Shown here piece after piece: positions 18,855-30,908 of a stretch of 64,000 nt of DNA. The notes under the pieces were generated by a model. The model saw only the letters and a program-made list of their open reading frames with translations, was not told where the DNA came from and ran no database searches. Each line of letters begins with the position of its first letter. Positions within the stretch are counted from its first letter, which is position 1. The stretch spans positions 89,237 through 153,236 of the forward strand of contig JAJDTB010000015.1 of the NCBI GenBank assembly GCA_022827345.1, written 5' to 3'. This DNA comes from Gemmatimonadota bacterium. GTDB lineage: Bacteria > Gemmatimonadota > Gemmatimonadetes > Longimicrobiales > Gaopeijiaceae. The position numbers were made by a program, and so were the translations under genes.

Positions 18855-19888
18855 TCGGCCGCCCCGCGCGGCTCGACGACGATCTTGCCGAAGACGGCCC
18901 CGGCCTCCAGCAGCTCGTGAGCCCTGCGGGTGTTCTCGAGCGGCACGACCTCGTGAATCGGCGGCACGACGGTGCCGTTGAAGACCAGGTGCATGGCGTC
19001 GCGGAACTCGTCGGGTGTCCCCATGGTCGACCCCATGACGGTGAGCTGGCGCCAGAAGAGGAGCCGGATGTCGACCACCCCGTTGGCGCCGGTGGTCGCG
19101 CCGAACGACACCAGCCGCCCGCCCACCGCGAGGGCCCGCAGGAGATTCGGCCAGATCGCCTCGCCGACCGAATCCAGGCACACGTCCACGCCCCGCCTGC
19201 CGGTTGCCAGGAAAACCTCCTTGGGCCAGTTGGTGGCCGTGCGGTCGAAGACATGGTCGGCGCCGAGCGCACGCACGCGCCGGACGAGGTCGGGGGAGGA
19301 CGTGATGGCGAAGACCTCCGCGCCCGCCGCCTTCGCATACTGCACCGCCATGGTCGAGACGCCCCCGCTCGCTCCGGTGATGAGGACCCGGTGTCCTGCC
19401 CGCAGTCCCCCGCGCGAGAACAGGCCGTGCCAGGCCGTCACCCCGACCAGCGCCGCCGCCGCGGCCGTAACCGGTGAAACGTGCTCCGGCAGCTCCACGA
19501 GGTTCGCGGCGGGTGCCACCGCAAACTCCGCGAATCCCCCCTGCGTGTGCTCGCCGATGATCTCGAGCGGAGCCGCGCGTCCGTACGGCAGCCGCGCCAG
19601 GCGATACCAGTCATAGTTCAGCGACGGATCGACCAGCACGCGCTTGCCCACCCACGACTCGTCCACGCCGTCGCCGACTGCGTCGACCGTCCCGGCGATG
19701 TCCGAGCCGCCGATGTGCGGCATCGGAATCTCGATGGGCAGCCCGCGCCGCATCCACAGGTCGAGGTGGTTCATCGAGGAGGCTTCGACCGCGATCCTGG
19801 CTTCGCCGGGCCGCGGGTTCGGCGTGGGCATGTCGTCGACGACAATGACTTCAGGGCCGCCGTTCTCGTGAAACACTGCTGTTTTCAA
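18851..19888 (-). CDS. zinc-binding alcohol dehydrogenase / NADPH:quinone oxidoreductase family protein
   Basis: TTG start giving (M)KTAVFHENGGPEVIVVDDMPTP. The Rossmann motif is ITGASGGVSTMAVQYAKAAGAEVF. MDR superfamily. Confidence 0.8.
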   Translation of the reverse strand: MKTAVFHENGGPEVIVVDDMPTPNPRPGEARIAVEASSMNHLDLWMRRGLPIEIPMPHIGGSDIAGTVDAVGDGVDESWVGKRVLVDPSLNYDWYRLARLPYGRAAPLEIIGEHTQGGFAEFAVAPAANLVELPEHVSPVTAAAAALVGVTAWHGLFSRGGLRAGHRVLITGASGGVSTMAVQYAKAAGAEVFAITSSPDLVRRVRALGADHVFDRTATNWPKEVFLATGRRGVDVCLDSVGEAIWPNLLRALAVGGRLVSFGATTGANGVVDIRLLFWRQLTVMGSTMGTPDEFRDAMHLVFNGTVVPPIHEVVPLENTRRAHELLEAGAVFGKIVVEPRGAAE

Positions 19889-20135
19889 GGTTCGAATCCG
19901 CTCTCGTGCAAGGGGTGGATGGGTTGGGCGTCCAAGGAAGATAGGGCCACGTGGCGGACCTCGCGCGGCGCGCCCGAAAGGGATGAGCCGCTCCCGCGGA
20001 GCCGGGCCGACGGGCGCGGGCATGTCTGGATGGGACCATTTGGCTGTCCCTGCCCGGATGCTCCGGTTTAGCTTTCGAGGCCGATTGCGGGCACCGGGGG
20101 CCGGCGGGTCGGCCTCACCCTTCACCCACGACCGA

Positions 20136-20531
20136 ATGACTGGGAGCATGGCAGGCGAGGAACAGAACGCGACCCGCCCTGCGGGGCCGGGCGAAGGCGA
20201 GGACGATCGCACGCTGGGGGGCTATTTTGCCGTACACACCCGGCCCCCGGCCTTCGAGGCCTGCGACGGCTTCCCCTACACGGTTTCGATCGAGACCGAG
20301 CGCTCGCCCGACCTGAAGGCACCTGTGGCGGGCTACCTGGTCTTCCCGCGCTGGGCAGGGACCGGGCTCGGCATCGTGGGCCACGTGGAGACTCCGCTGC
20401 TGTGGCGGGGGGCGTCCCGGGAGGCGGTGGTGGAGCAGGCGGAGGCTCTGAGTTTGCATGAGGTCCAGCATCTGCTGAACGAGGCAGTTGTGCGCCGGAC
20501 GGCAGCCGGCCAAAACGGTGAGCCTGCGTGA
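20136..20531 (+). CDS. hypothetical protein
   Basis: Coding-like composition. Its stop overlaps the queE start by 4 nt. No motif recognised. Confidence 0.4.
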   Translation: MTGSMAGEEQNATRPAGPGEGEDDRTLGGYFAVHTRPPAFEACDGFPYTVSIETERSPDLKAPVAGYLVFPRWAGTGLGIVGHVETPLLWRGASREAVVEQAEALSLHEVQHLLNEAVVRRTAAGQNGEPA

Positions 20532-21211
20532 TGGGTGACCCGGGCCGCGCGGGGTCGGTCCGCGTCACGGAGATCTTCCACTCCATCCAGGGGGAGTCCA
20601 CCTGGGCGGGTCTTCCGTGCACCTTCGTCCGCCTGACCGGGTGCCCGCTGCGGTGCGTCTGGTGCGACACCGCGTACGCATTCCACGGCGGCACGCGCAT
20701 GGGCATCGACGAGGTGCTCGCCGCGGTCCGCGCAAAGGGCTGCCGCCTGGTCGAGATCACGGGCGGCGAGCCGCTGGTCCAGCCGGGTGCCGCCACCCTC
20801 GCCCGCCGGCTGCTCGAGGAGGGCTGTACGGTGCTCGTCGAGACCTCCGGAGCGCTGGACGTGAGCGTGCTGGACCCCGGGGTGCACCGCATCATGGACC
20901 TCAAGTGCCCGGGCTCGGGAGAGGAACACCGCAACCTCTGGTCCAACCTCGACCACCTCACGCGGCGCGACGAGGTCAAGTTCGTCGTCGACGGGCCCGG
21001 GGACTTCGAGTGGGCCGCGGGCGTCATCCGCCGCCACGGACTGGACGAGCGGGTGCGGGAAGGCTCCCTGGGCGCGCTCCTGGTCTCGCCGGTCTGGGGG
21101 ATGGAGGGGATGGAGGAACTGGCCGCCCGGATCCTCGAGAGCGGGCTGCCCGTCCGGTTCCAGACCCAGCTCCACAAGCACATCTGGGGACCGGACCGGG
21201 CCGGCGTTTAG
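20528..21211 (+). CDS. queE: 7-carboxy-7-deazaguanine synthase (radical SAM)
   Basis: EIFHSIQGESTWAGLPCTFVRLTGCPLRCVWCDTAYAF carries the CxxxCxxC cluster and the QueE-specific N-terminus. Confidence 0.9.
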   Translation: MMGDPGRAGSVRVTEIFHSIQGESTWAGLPCTFVRLTGCPLRCVWCDTAYAFHGGTRMGIDEVLAAVRAKGCRLVEITGGEPLVQPGAATLARRLLEEGCTVLVETSGALDVSVLDPGVHRIMDLKCPGSGEEHRNLWSNLDHLTRRDEVKFVVDGPGDFEWAAGVIRRHGLDERVREGSLGALLVSPVWGMEGMEELAARILESGLPVRFQTQLHKHIWGPDRAGV

Positions 21212-21291
21212 CAGGCAGCCCGCGGACAAACCCTCCCGGCATTCGAACGGCGATGCATCCGGGCTGGCCGCTTCGCTCAGACTGTTCACAC

Positions 21292-21330
21292 TGTAATGTT
21301 GACGTTACAATTTGCCATGTGCAGTGTACA
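21292..21330. promoter_or_regulatory. AT-rich 39-bp palindrome, copy B (most diverged), with a promoter-like element facing the NUDIX gene
   Basis: Sequence is TGTAATGTTGACGTTACAATTTGCCATGTGCAGTGTACA. ACACTG (21287-21292) and CAGTGT (21322-21327) form an extra inverted pair. On the plus strand: GTTACA (21304-21309), 17-nt spacer, TACATT (21327-21332). Confidence 0.5.
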
Positions 21331-21469
21331 TTTTCGTTTTCCAGGGCTTCGCTCTACGTTGCTCCTCGGGCGAATAGCGCTGCTATTCACCTCTCGTCGC
21401 GCCTTGCCAGCCCGGCGCCTCGCCGCTCTCGGTGCTCGCGCGGGTCTATCCACGGACTGCTGAAAGCGC

Positions 21470-22141
21470 GTGGAAGAACCCCCCCTGGATTCGGCTGAGA
21501 CAGCGTCCGCGCCCGACCGTACCGCGCCCCTGTCGCGGCTTGCCCGCGTACTGGCCGGACGATTCGGCGGGATCGAGTCGGCACAGCCGGACCCGGCGCG
21601 CAAGAACGCGGCTGTCGCGCTCGTGCTGCGGCCCCCGGAAGGCATAGCGGACGCCGCGGCGCTGCAGTGCGACTTCCTCGCGATCCGGCGGGCCGAGTCG
21701 GCGCGGGATCCGTGGTCCGGGCAGATGGCGCTGCCGGGCGGCCGCCTCGACCGTGCGGACGCCGGACTGTCCGCGGCCGCGGTCCGCGAGACCGGCGAGG
21801 AAACCGGGGTCGACCTCACGCGCCCCCGGGCGTTGCTCGGCCGGGGCGAGGCGCTGCGCCCCGTCGCCGTCCGCATCCCGCCGCTCACGATCTGGCCCTT
21901 CGTCTTCCGGGTGGACGCCGGCACCGACGCGCGGGTGGCCAGCCACGAGGTCGCGGCGGTGCACTGGTTCCCGCTGCGCGCGATGGAGGACCCGGCCAAC
22001 CAGGGGACCCATACCTGGCGCTACGGCGGCGTCGTGCGCCACTTCCCCTGCGTGCGCATCGACGGCCAGGTCGTCTGGGGCCTGACCTACCGCGTGCTGA
22101 CGCGCTTCCTGAAGGTTGTCAGGGATCCGGCCGCTCCCTGA
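21470..22141 (+). CDS. NUDIX hydrolase (CoA pyrophosphatase-like); start uncertain
   Basis: The Nudix box is GGRLDRADAGLSAAAVRETGEETGV. Confidence 0.75.
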   Translation: MEEPPLDSAETASAPDRTAPLSRLARVLAGRFGGIESAQPDPARKNAAVALVLRPPEGIADAAALQCDFLAIRRAESARDPWSGQMALPGGRLDRADAGLSAAAVRETGEETGVDLTRPRALLGRGEALRPVAVRIPPLTIWPFVFRVDAGTDARVASHEVAAVHWFPLRAMEDPANQGTHTWRYGGVVRHFPCVRIDGQVVWGLTYRVLTRFLKVVRDPAAP

Positions 22142-22188
22142 CGCGCGGCGGGCGGCCGAAAGGGCGAGCGTGGCGCGGGAGCGCGGGG

Positions 22189-23345
22189 TCAGGGCCGGGC
22201 GGCCCGGTGTTCGGATTGCTCGGTGAGAATGCCGCGCTTCCGCAGTTCTTCGATGTAGAGCGCGGGCGGCACGATTTCGTCGGGCGTACCGGCGCCGGGT
22301 TGCAGCTGTCCGCGCGCCTGCATCAGCGCCGTAATGGACAGGGAGAACCCGGTGGTGCGCGCCATGGCGCTGAGGCCGGTCGCGGGGTCCTGCCGGTCGG
22401 TGACCTCGAAGCGCACGCGCGTTTCCGCGCCGCCCCGCGGGCCGGTCACATCGACGCGCACGACGACCAGGTCGCCGCCTCCGTTGCCGCAGAGGGTCGG
22501 CGTGACCTGCTGAATGAAAAATCTGCGCGGGTTGATCCGGCGTCCCTCGTGCACGACCTCCCGGTCGCTGAGCAGGCCGAGGTCGCGGATCGCGCGCATG
22601 ATGCGGGCGTGGCCGGGATACCGGAGCGTCTTGTACTCGAGGGTCCTGACCCGGCCCTCATGGCGCTGGGGGAGCGTCGAGGTCCCGCCGCCGGTGAAGA
22701 AGGCCTCGAGGCGGCCGATCGGCTCGGGGAAGTCGAGGTGCTCGACCTCCGAGAGGGCGTCGACCCGGGTCCGCTTGCCGTCGCGCAGGATGACCGCCGG
22801 GGTGACGTAGTAGTCGAGCATCCCCTCGAGGGAATACACGATCTCGTAGTTCAGGGGGGGCCTGGGGTCCTGCGGCAGGCCGCCCACCCACAGCCGCACC
22901 GCATCGGCCGAGTCCAGCGCGGCGATGCCCGCCTGTGCGAAGATGTTGACCATGCCGGGTGCCAGGCCGGTGTCGGGGACGATCGAGATGCCGCGCTCGC
23001 GGGCCGCACCGTCGAGCCTTCGCTGCTCGTCGACGATCGCGGTGTTGCCGCCCAGGTCGGTGAAGTGGACGCCCGCCTCCACCGCCAGCCGCGCGACGGG
23101 AAGGTTGAAGTGATAGGGCAGCGCGCAAAGGACCGCGTCGACCCCCTGCATCGCCGCCGCAACCTGCCCGTCGTCCGCCGCATCGACCTCGACCAGGCGC
23201 AGGCGGCCCTCGAGGTGCGGCTCGAGGCAGGGGTGCACGGTGCAGGTGTCGAGATCCGCGATAACGACCTCGTCGACCCCGCCGGCGCCAAGCAGATCGA
23301 AGGCGGCGGCCGTGCCCTGGGTGCCGCCGCCAAGAACGAGAAACC

Positions 23346-23349
<4 letters not shown>
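22189..23349 (-). CDS. saccharopine dehydrogenase-like NAD(P)-binding oxidoreductase
   Basis: N-terminus [20 protein letters not shown], plus GLAPGMVN and TLRYPGH motifs. Overlaps the gyrA stop by 4 nt. Confidence 0.75.
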
Positions 23350-25829
<2,480 letters not shown>

Positions 25830-25850
25830 CTGGGCTACCGGAATTCCGAA

Positions 25851-25889
25851 TGTAAAGACAACATGACATTATGTAATGTTGCCATGACA
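25851..25889. promoter_or_regulatory. AT-rich 39-bp palindrome, copy C, overlapping a promoter-like element 20 nt upstream of gyrA
   Basis: Sequence is TGTAAAGACAACATGACATTATGTAATGTTGCCATGACA. Bases 25850-25879 match the reverse complement of 16785-16814 at 29 of 30 positions. On the minus strand: ATTACA (25872-25877), 17-nt spacer, TACATT (25849-25854). Confidence 0.6.
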
Positions 25890-25976
25890 TAGCGCAGATT
25901 CAAGCGCGACCGGCCCGCGTGCCAGGAGCCCGGAGGCAGCGCCGCGCGGATGCCGGGGGATTTTGTCCACGGGCTC

Positions 25977-26822
25977 CTATAGCGCCCCGCGAACGATACC
26001 CCGCTCCTGCACCTCGACCGGATCGCCGAGGGCGACCGGCCCCTGGGCGAGGTGCACCGTGTTGACGCCGAAGTAGACCAGGCTCTCGATGCGCCGGTAG
26101 CGGGCGAGCGTGCGCAGCGGCTCCTGGTCGGGGTCGCGGACGCCCGTTTCCTGGTCGGTCGTGGTGACCTTGCAGCGCGCGCACAGCTTGACGCCGCGAA
26201 AGGGAAGGGTGCCCATCGTGAACTCCCTCCAGAAGTCCTCTTCGTGGGGACGGTCGCCGCTGACCACGATGTTGGGACGGAAGCGTTCCACGGGAATCTT
26301 GCGGCCGACGCGGCGGGCCAGTTCGTCGGCCGAAGCCTGGGAGACAAGGAGGGCCGGGTAGCCGTCGGCGAACGACACGCGGTGGCCCTCGGCGTAGTCG
26401 GGGTCGGTGTGGCGGATGTCGCCTTCGCCCATGAAGACCAGGCGGTGGGCGCCGCCGAGGACCGAAGACACCCAGGCGTCGGCGGCCGCCGACACGGTGC
26501 GGACATCCACGATCGAGCTCCAGACGGTCGCCTGGAGCCGCTCTCCGCGGGGCGTAAGGGGCAGGTGGATCGCGGGGGCGTCCGGCGCCTCGAGCGTGAG
26601 GGCGCCGTCCGCGACCGCCGGGCGGATGGTGGCGAGGCGCGGGGTGTCGCGCTGCGTGACGAAGCCGCCGTCCGGCTTGACCACCATCCAGCGGCGGTCG
26701 AACCTTGGCCCCATCGCCTCGAAGTGGAGCGTGTCGACATCGAAGCCCCTGGCCCCCTTGACCGGATGGATCCGGAGCCGCACGACCCGGTTGGGCATCG
26801 CGCCCGACGGGCTGTCTGTCAT
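25977..26822 (-). CDS. MOSC domain-containing protein (YcbX-like)
   Basis: N-terminal beta-barrel VVRLRIHPVKGARG, then RFRPNIVVSG...PHEEDFWREF and LCARCKVTTTDQETG. Confidence 0.8.
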   Translation of the reverse strand: MTDSPSGAMPNRVVRLRIHPVKGARGFDVDTLHFEAMGPRFDRRWMVVKPDGGFVTQRDTPRLATIRPAVADGALTLEAPDAPAIHLPLTPRGERLQATVWSSIVDVRTVSAAADAWVSSVLGGAHRLVFMGEGDIRHTDPDYAEGHRVSFADGYPALLVSQASADELARRVGRKIPVERFRPNIVVSGDRPHEEDFWREFTMGTLPFRGVKLCARCKVTTTDQETGVRDPDQEPLRTLARYRRIESLVYFGVNTVHLAQGPVALGDPVEVQERGIVRGAL

Positions 26823-27226
26823 GTCATCTTCCTCTGCCGCGCGATGGTGAGCGGAAGGGTCGCCTGGTGGCGCCCGTTCACGGCGATGTCGAAGGTGTGG
26901 ATGCCGAGTTCCTGGAAGACGATCCCGTCCAGGTTGATCACGTGAGGCACGCGAATGCCGGTCTGGAGGCTGCCGCGCCCGGGCCTGACGTTGAGCTCGC
27001 CGTTGAGGGAGACGAGTTCGGTCCCGGTGGGGCTGGTCAGCCTGATGCTGAGATTGTGCGTGCCCGCGTCGGCGGCGCCCCCGAGAAAGCGCAGGACGAG
27101 GGCCAGGCGTCCGTGCCGTGCCGGGAACTGCTGCACGGCGATCTGGTCGAAGACGCCGAGGAGGTTGAGTTTGCCGGAACCGTCGATCGTGGCGGCATCG
27201 GCGGTGAGCGCCAGGTCTATGTCCAC
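26819..27226 (-). CDS. hypothetical small protein (GTG start preceded by GGAGG)
   Basis: (M)DIDLALTADAATIDGSGKLNLLGVFDQIAVQQFPARHGRLALVLRF... Translationally coupled on both sides. No motif recognised. Confidence 0.5.
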   Translation of the reverse strand: MDIDLALTADAATIDGSGKLNLLGVFDQIAVQQFPARHGRLALVLRFLGGAADAGTHNLSIRLTSPTGTELVSLNGELNVRPGRGSLQTGIRVPHVINLDGIVFQELGIHTFDIAVNGRHQATLPLTIARQRKMT

Positions 27227-27966
27227 TTGAAGCCTCCGAGAAGAGATCTGTGCAGCACGAGCCCGATCAGGAGATTCAGGGCCGTGTGGGCGAGGATGGA
27301 GGGCCACAGGCTTCCCGTCCAGGCGACGCCGAGGGCCAACACCAGCCCCATGGCGCCCGCCCTCGCCATGCCGAGCGGCCCCTGATAACCGTGTACGATA
27401 CCAAATGCCGCGTTCACCGGCAGGGCGGCGAGCAGGTACGAGCCGAACCACGGCATCAGGAACACCGGGAGGAAGCCGCGGAAGACGACCTCCTCGGACC
27501 ATCCGGCTGCTGCGGTCAGCAAGGCGAACGCGCTCCTTTCCCTGCCCGTGGCGGGCATGATCGCATGTACGACCTCCGTTTCCCGCCACCCGCGGAGAAC
27601 GGACAGGCCCCGGAAAAGATACGCGACGGCGAGCCCGCCCCCCGTCAGCAGAGCCGCGGGACCGAGAAACGGCACCCAGGCCGGGGGCCAGCCGGGCTGG
27701 AGGGATTCCCCGCCGCCGAGCCAGCGCCACGCCAGAAAGGTCACTCCCCCGGCGACCATCAACACCACGGCTGAACTGAGGTAGAGTGCGACGCGGGCAT
27801 CCCGGATCTCCGCCGCCGGGGGGAATTCGCGGCCGGTGGACAGGGCCGGGATCAGGGTCAGCCAGACCGCGGCGATCAGCGCCGCCACGAGCCCGCCCAG
27901 CCCGGCGAAGACGAAGACGGCGGCCAGCACCACGGCTGCGCCCGTCCACACCGCCGGTCTCTTCAC
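27217..27966 (-). CDS. CPBP-family (CAAX/Abi) intramembrane glutamic protease
   Basis: Multi-TM protein with SEEVVFRGFL (EExxxR), FGIVHG (FxxxH) and ILAHTALN (HxxxN). Confidence 0.85.
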   Translation of the reverse strand: MKRPAVWTGAAVVLAAVFVFAGLGGLVAALIAAVWLTLIPALSTGREFPPAAEIRDARVALYLSSAVVLMVAGGVTFLAWRWLGGGESLQPGWPPAWVPFLGPAALLTGGGLAVAYLFRGLSVLRGWRETEVVHAIMPATGRERSAFALLTAAAGWSEEVVFRGFLPVFLMPWFGSYLLAALPVNAAFGIVHGYQGPLGMARAGAMGLVLALGVAWTGSLWPSILAHTALNLLIGLVLHRSLLGGFKWT

Positions 27967-29447
27967 GCCGGGGCGCTCTCGCCGGCCGGCGCCCGGGCAC
28001 CCGCTTCCGCGCCGAACCTCCGCCCGCCGGCGACGATCCGGTCCAGAACGCGGGCGAGATCTTCCTCTGTCGTGCGGTAGTTGAGCACGCAGAACCGGAG
28101 GGAGAAGCAGTCCTTCACGCGAGTCGACGACATCATCGCGAAGCCCGACTGCACGATCTCGTCCTGGATGCGTTCGTTGAGGTCATCCAGGGCGGCCGCC
28201 GGAATGGACCCGTCCCCGCGGTACCGGAAACACACGATCCCCAGGCACTGGGGGGAGAGCAGCTCGAGTTCGGCCTCGCTTCGGATGCGGGCCTCCGCGC
28301 TCTTCGCCAGCGCAATGCCCCTCGCGACCGCTTCACGATGCGCGGCAACGCCGTACCTCTGCATCGACAGCCAGACCCGCAATGCGCGGAAGGTCCGGGT
28401 GAGCTGAAGGCCGCGGTCGCAGAAGTTGACGTGTTCGGGGCCCCACTCGGCGTCCTGCAGATAGGAGGGCATGATTCGGAACGCCGCCTCGAGGCGGGTC
28501 GCGTCGCGGGCGAGCAGGCAGCCGGTTTCGTACGGCTGGAAGAGCCACTTGTGGGGATCCAGCGAGAGACTGTCGGAGAGCTCCATCCCCTGGAGCAGGG
28601 GCCGCGTCCCGGGATCCAGCACCGCAAACCCTCCATACGCGGCATCGATGTGGTACCAGAGGCCCTCGTCGCGCGCGATCCCGGCCAGCTCCGCCAGGGG
28701 GTCGATGCTTCCCGTGTTCGTCGTGCCGGCGTTGGCGATCAGGCAGAAGGGCTCGAGGCCGGCGGCGCGGTCCCGCCGTATCGCCGACAGCAGCCGCGAG
28801 GGCCGGATTCGGAAGGCGTCGTCGGTGGGCACGAAACGGAAGAGCGCGGGGTCGACACCGGCAATGCGGGCGGCGCGGCTCACCGAGGCGTGTGTCTGCC
28901 CGGATGCGTAGACGGTTCCGCGCGCGGGATTCCCCGCCGCTTCCCGGGCGGCGACGATCGCGATCAGGTTGGCCGCGGAACCCCCGCTCGTGAACAGACC
29001 GCCGCCGCCCTCCGGATATCCCATCCATTCCCTGAACCACTCCGTGACCGTGACTTCGATCTGGGAGGGTCCGGACGACTCCAGCCAGGTCCCCTGGAAG
29101 ATGTTGTAGCCGTTGACCAGGAAGCTGGCCAGCACGGATGCCCAGGTGGGGCTGGACGGGATGAAGGCGAGAAAACGGGGGTGGTCGATCCGTCCGGCAA
29201 GCGGCATCACGTCGCCCAGGACGGTGTCGAGCAGCCCGGCCAGGTCGCGGCCTTCCTCCGGTGGCGGGCCGTGCAGCATCGGTTCGGTGATGTCGCGGGT
29301 CGCTCCCTGCCACGCGGGCCCGTCGCCGAGGCGGGCCCAGCGGTCCACGATGGCGTCGACGACGGCGTATCCGGAGCGCCGCATTTCTTCCGGCGTCTCC
29401 AGCAGCGGGCCTGCCGCCGTGTCGGGCCTGGGTGGCTCGTCGATCAT
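27963..29447 (-). CDS. pyridoxal-dependent (group II) amino-acid decarboxylase
   Basis: SLSLDPHKWLFQPYETGCLL carries the PLP-lysine HK motif. TSGGSAANLIAI is also present. Confidence 0.85.
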   Translation of the reverse strand: MIDEPPRPDTAAGPLLETPEEMRRSGYAVVDAIVDRWARLGDGPAWQGATRDITEPMLHGPPPEEGRDLAGLLDTVLGDVMPLAGRIDHPRFLAFIPSSPTWASVLASFLVNGYNIFQGTWLESSGPSQIEVTVTEWFREWMGYPEGGGGLFTSGGSAANLIAIVAAREAAGNPARGTVYASGQTHASVSRAARIAGVDPALFRFVPTDDAFRIRPSRLLSAIRRDRAAGLEPFCLIANAGTTNTGSIDPLAELAGIARDEGLWYHIDAAYGGFAVLDPGTRPLLQGMELSDSLSLDPHKWLFQPYETGCLLARDATRLEAAFRIMPSYLQDAEWGPEHVNFCDRGLQLTRTFRALRVWLSMQRYGVAAHREAVARGIALAKSAEARIRSEAELELLSPQCLGIVCFRYRGDGSIPAAALDDLNERIQDEIVQSGFAMMSSTRVKDCFSLRFCVLNYRTTEEDLARVLDRIVAGGRRFGAEAGARAPAGESAPA

Positions 29448-29531
29448 CCGTTGACGCTTCGGCTTTCGGGGGTTCTAGTGTACTGTTGAGGGACCAATGT
29501 CCAGTGCAATTGCACCGAGAGATACATCACT

Positions 29532-29840
29532 GTGACCGATACCGCACGAGTGAAGGCAACGTACAGCGTAGTCGACGCGCTCGATCATCCGCACGGCGGA
29601 CGCATTCTTCGCCTGCGCCTGAGGCAGGGAGAGGCGCTGACCCTGAAGGAATTGAAGAGCAGTGGCCTGATTGCGACGACGGACGGCGCCGAGGCACAGC
29701 TCCGGGTGGACGGGTTCGCGCTCTTCGGCGGCAAGCTCACCGACGCCCGCCTGGCTCTGACGGGACGCGTGGATGTCCATGTGCGCGGTGAGGGAGCGCG
29801 CACGATAGAGTCCGGGTGGACGATCAGCGGCCCGGCCTGA
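29532..29840 (+). CDS. hypothetical protein
   Basis: 102-aa ORF with coding-like composition and a GTG start 6 nt after an ATACAT hexamer. No motif recognised. Confidence 0.4.
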   Translation: MTDTARVKATYSVVDALDHPHGGRILRLRLRQGEALTLKELKSSGLIATTDGAEAQLRVDGFALFGGKLTDARLALTGRVDVHVRGEGARTIESGWTISGPA

Positions 29841-29916
29841 CGACCTGCGACCACGCCTGACGACCTGCGGCCGCACCTGACGAGCCGCAAGCCCTGCCAG
29901 ACGATCCGCGTCTCAG
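29836..29916. repeat. degenerate ~20-bp tandem repeat, about 4 units
   Basis: Units are CCTGACGACCTGCGACCACG, CCTGACGACCTGCGGCCGCA, CCTGACGAGCCGCAAGCCCTG and CCAGACGATCCGCGTCTCAG. They lie between two convergent genes. Confidence 0.7.
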
Positions 29917-30641
29917 CCGTCCTGCGACCCGCGGCTGAACCCCGGGGGATCGCGCTCGAAAGTCTGGCGGAACCAGTCCACGTACGCGGCATTCCCGTCC
30001 GGATTCTCGGCCTGCCACTCCTTGCGCGCCTCGACAAAGGCAGCGGGACGCGCAGTCAGGACGAATTCCTCCAGGAAACCGTGCTCGCTGGCGTAGGCGA
30101 TTTCATCGAGAATGCTGTACGGACGCGCATCGAAGATGGAGCGCTGGTAGATCCAGACGTCGGCCACCCGTGACAGGATGGCCAGCTCGAGCTCGAATTC
30201 GTCGGCTCCCACCGCCTCGGGCAGCCAGCGGTCGAGCCGGTCCTGCACGGCCATGAGGTGGAGGTGGGCGTAGAACTGGTATGGCCACCGCGCGTCTGAA
30301 TTGGGCTGGAGGCTTACGGTCGCGGAGTCGCCCTGGGCGTTCAGATGAAGCTCTTCCCAGGGGTAGACCGGTCCTTCCTGGGCGTTGGCGATGATCATGA
30401 ACGAAGGGTCAAGCCTGATACTGTCCGTCTGTTCGCGAACCCAGGCGTCCACCTCTTCCATGCGTTCCTGGGTCGGCACGATGCGGGCGCCGGAATAGAC
30501 GACCAGACGGCGAGGGTTGGGCAGTTCGATCTCGCCGGTAGCGCACGCGAGCAGCGGCAGCGCGACCACTGAGAACGCGGCCAGGAGCAGGGTCGGGCGG
30601 GAGGCCGCCACCGGCGGGATATGGTGAGTGTGGTAGGGCAT
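29913..30641 (-). CDS. hypothetical lipoprotein
   Basis: Signal/lipobox-like LLLAAFSVVALPLLACATG. No other motif recognised. Confidence 0.5.
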   Translation of the reverse strand: MPYHTHHIPPVAASRPTLLLAAFSVVALPLLACATGEIELPNPRRLVVYSGARIVPTQERMEEVDAWVREQTDSIRLDPSFMIIANAQEGPVYPWEELHLNAQGDSATVSLQPNSDARWPYQFYAHLHLMAVQDRLDRWLPEAVGADEFELELAILSRVADVWIYQRSIFDARPYSILDEIAYASEHGFLEEFVLTARPAAFVEARKEWQAENPDGNAAYVDWFRQTFERDPPGFSRGSQDG

Positions 30642-30692
30642 GGTCGAGCTTCACGACTCCTTCCTGCGGATCAGATGCACACCTCCGGAACT

Positions 30693-30902
30693 TTACTCAA
30701 CCCCATTGCGGCGGTCCATGTTCCCCCGCTCTTCCGCCGGGCCGCGCCAGCGCAGGAACTCGAAGGGACTGCGGCAGTCGGCGCACCAGCAGGTCGTGAG
30801 CGAGGCATGGCTACCGAAGAGCGACATGACCTCGGTGCGGCTGCCTTCACAGAACGGACAGGGAGGCGCGTCGTTCGGGGTCGGCGCGGTGGACGGCTTC
30901 AC
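30693..30902 (-). CDS. stand-alone zinc-ribbon protein resembling the C-terminal part of PaaD
   Basis: PPCPFCEGSRTEVMSLFGSHASLTTCWCADCRSPFEFLRW matches the CPxC...FG...C..CxxPF.F pattern of the PaaD C-terminus. Lies directly after paaC. Confidence 0.6.
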   Translation of the reverse strand: MKPSTAPTPNDAPPCPFCEGSRTEVMSLFGSHASLTTCWCADCRSPFEFLRWRGPAEERGNMDRRNGVE

Positions 30903-30908
30903 GGGACG

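Noticed and set aside
19886-19900. GGTTCGAATCC, a tRNA T-loop-like string
   Set aside because: No acceptor, D or anticodon arms can be folded around it. It sits at the TTG start and upstream region of the quinone oxidoreductase gene.
29836-29916. Tandem repeats as a CRISPR array
   Set aside because: The units are contiguous with no spacers, only ~20 bp long, and degenerate. No cas genes are present.
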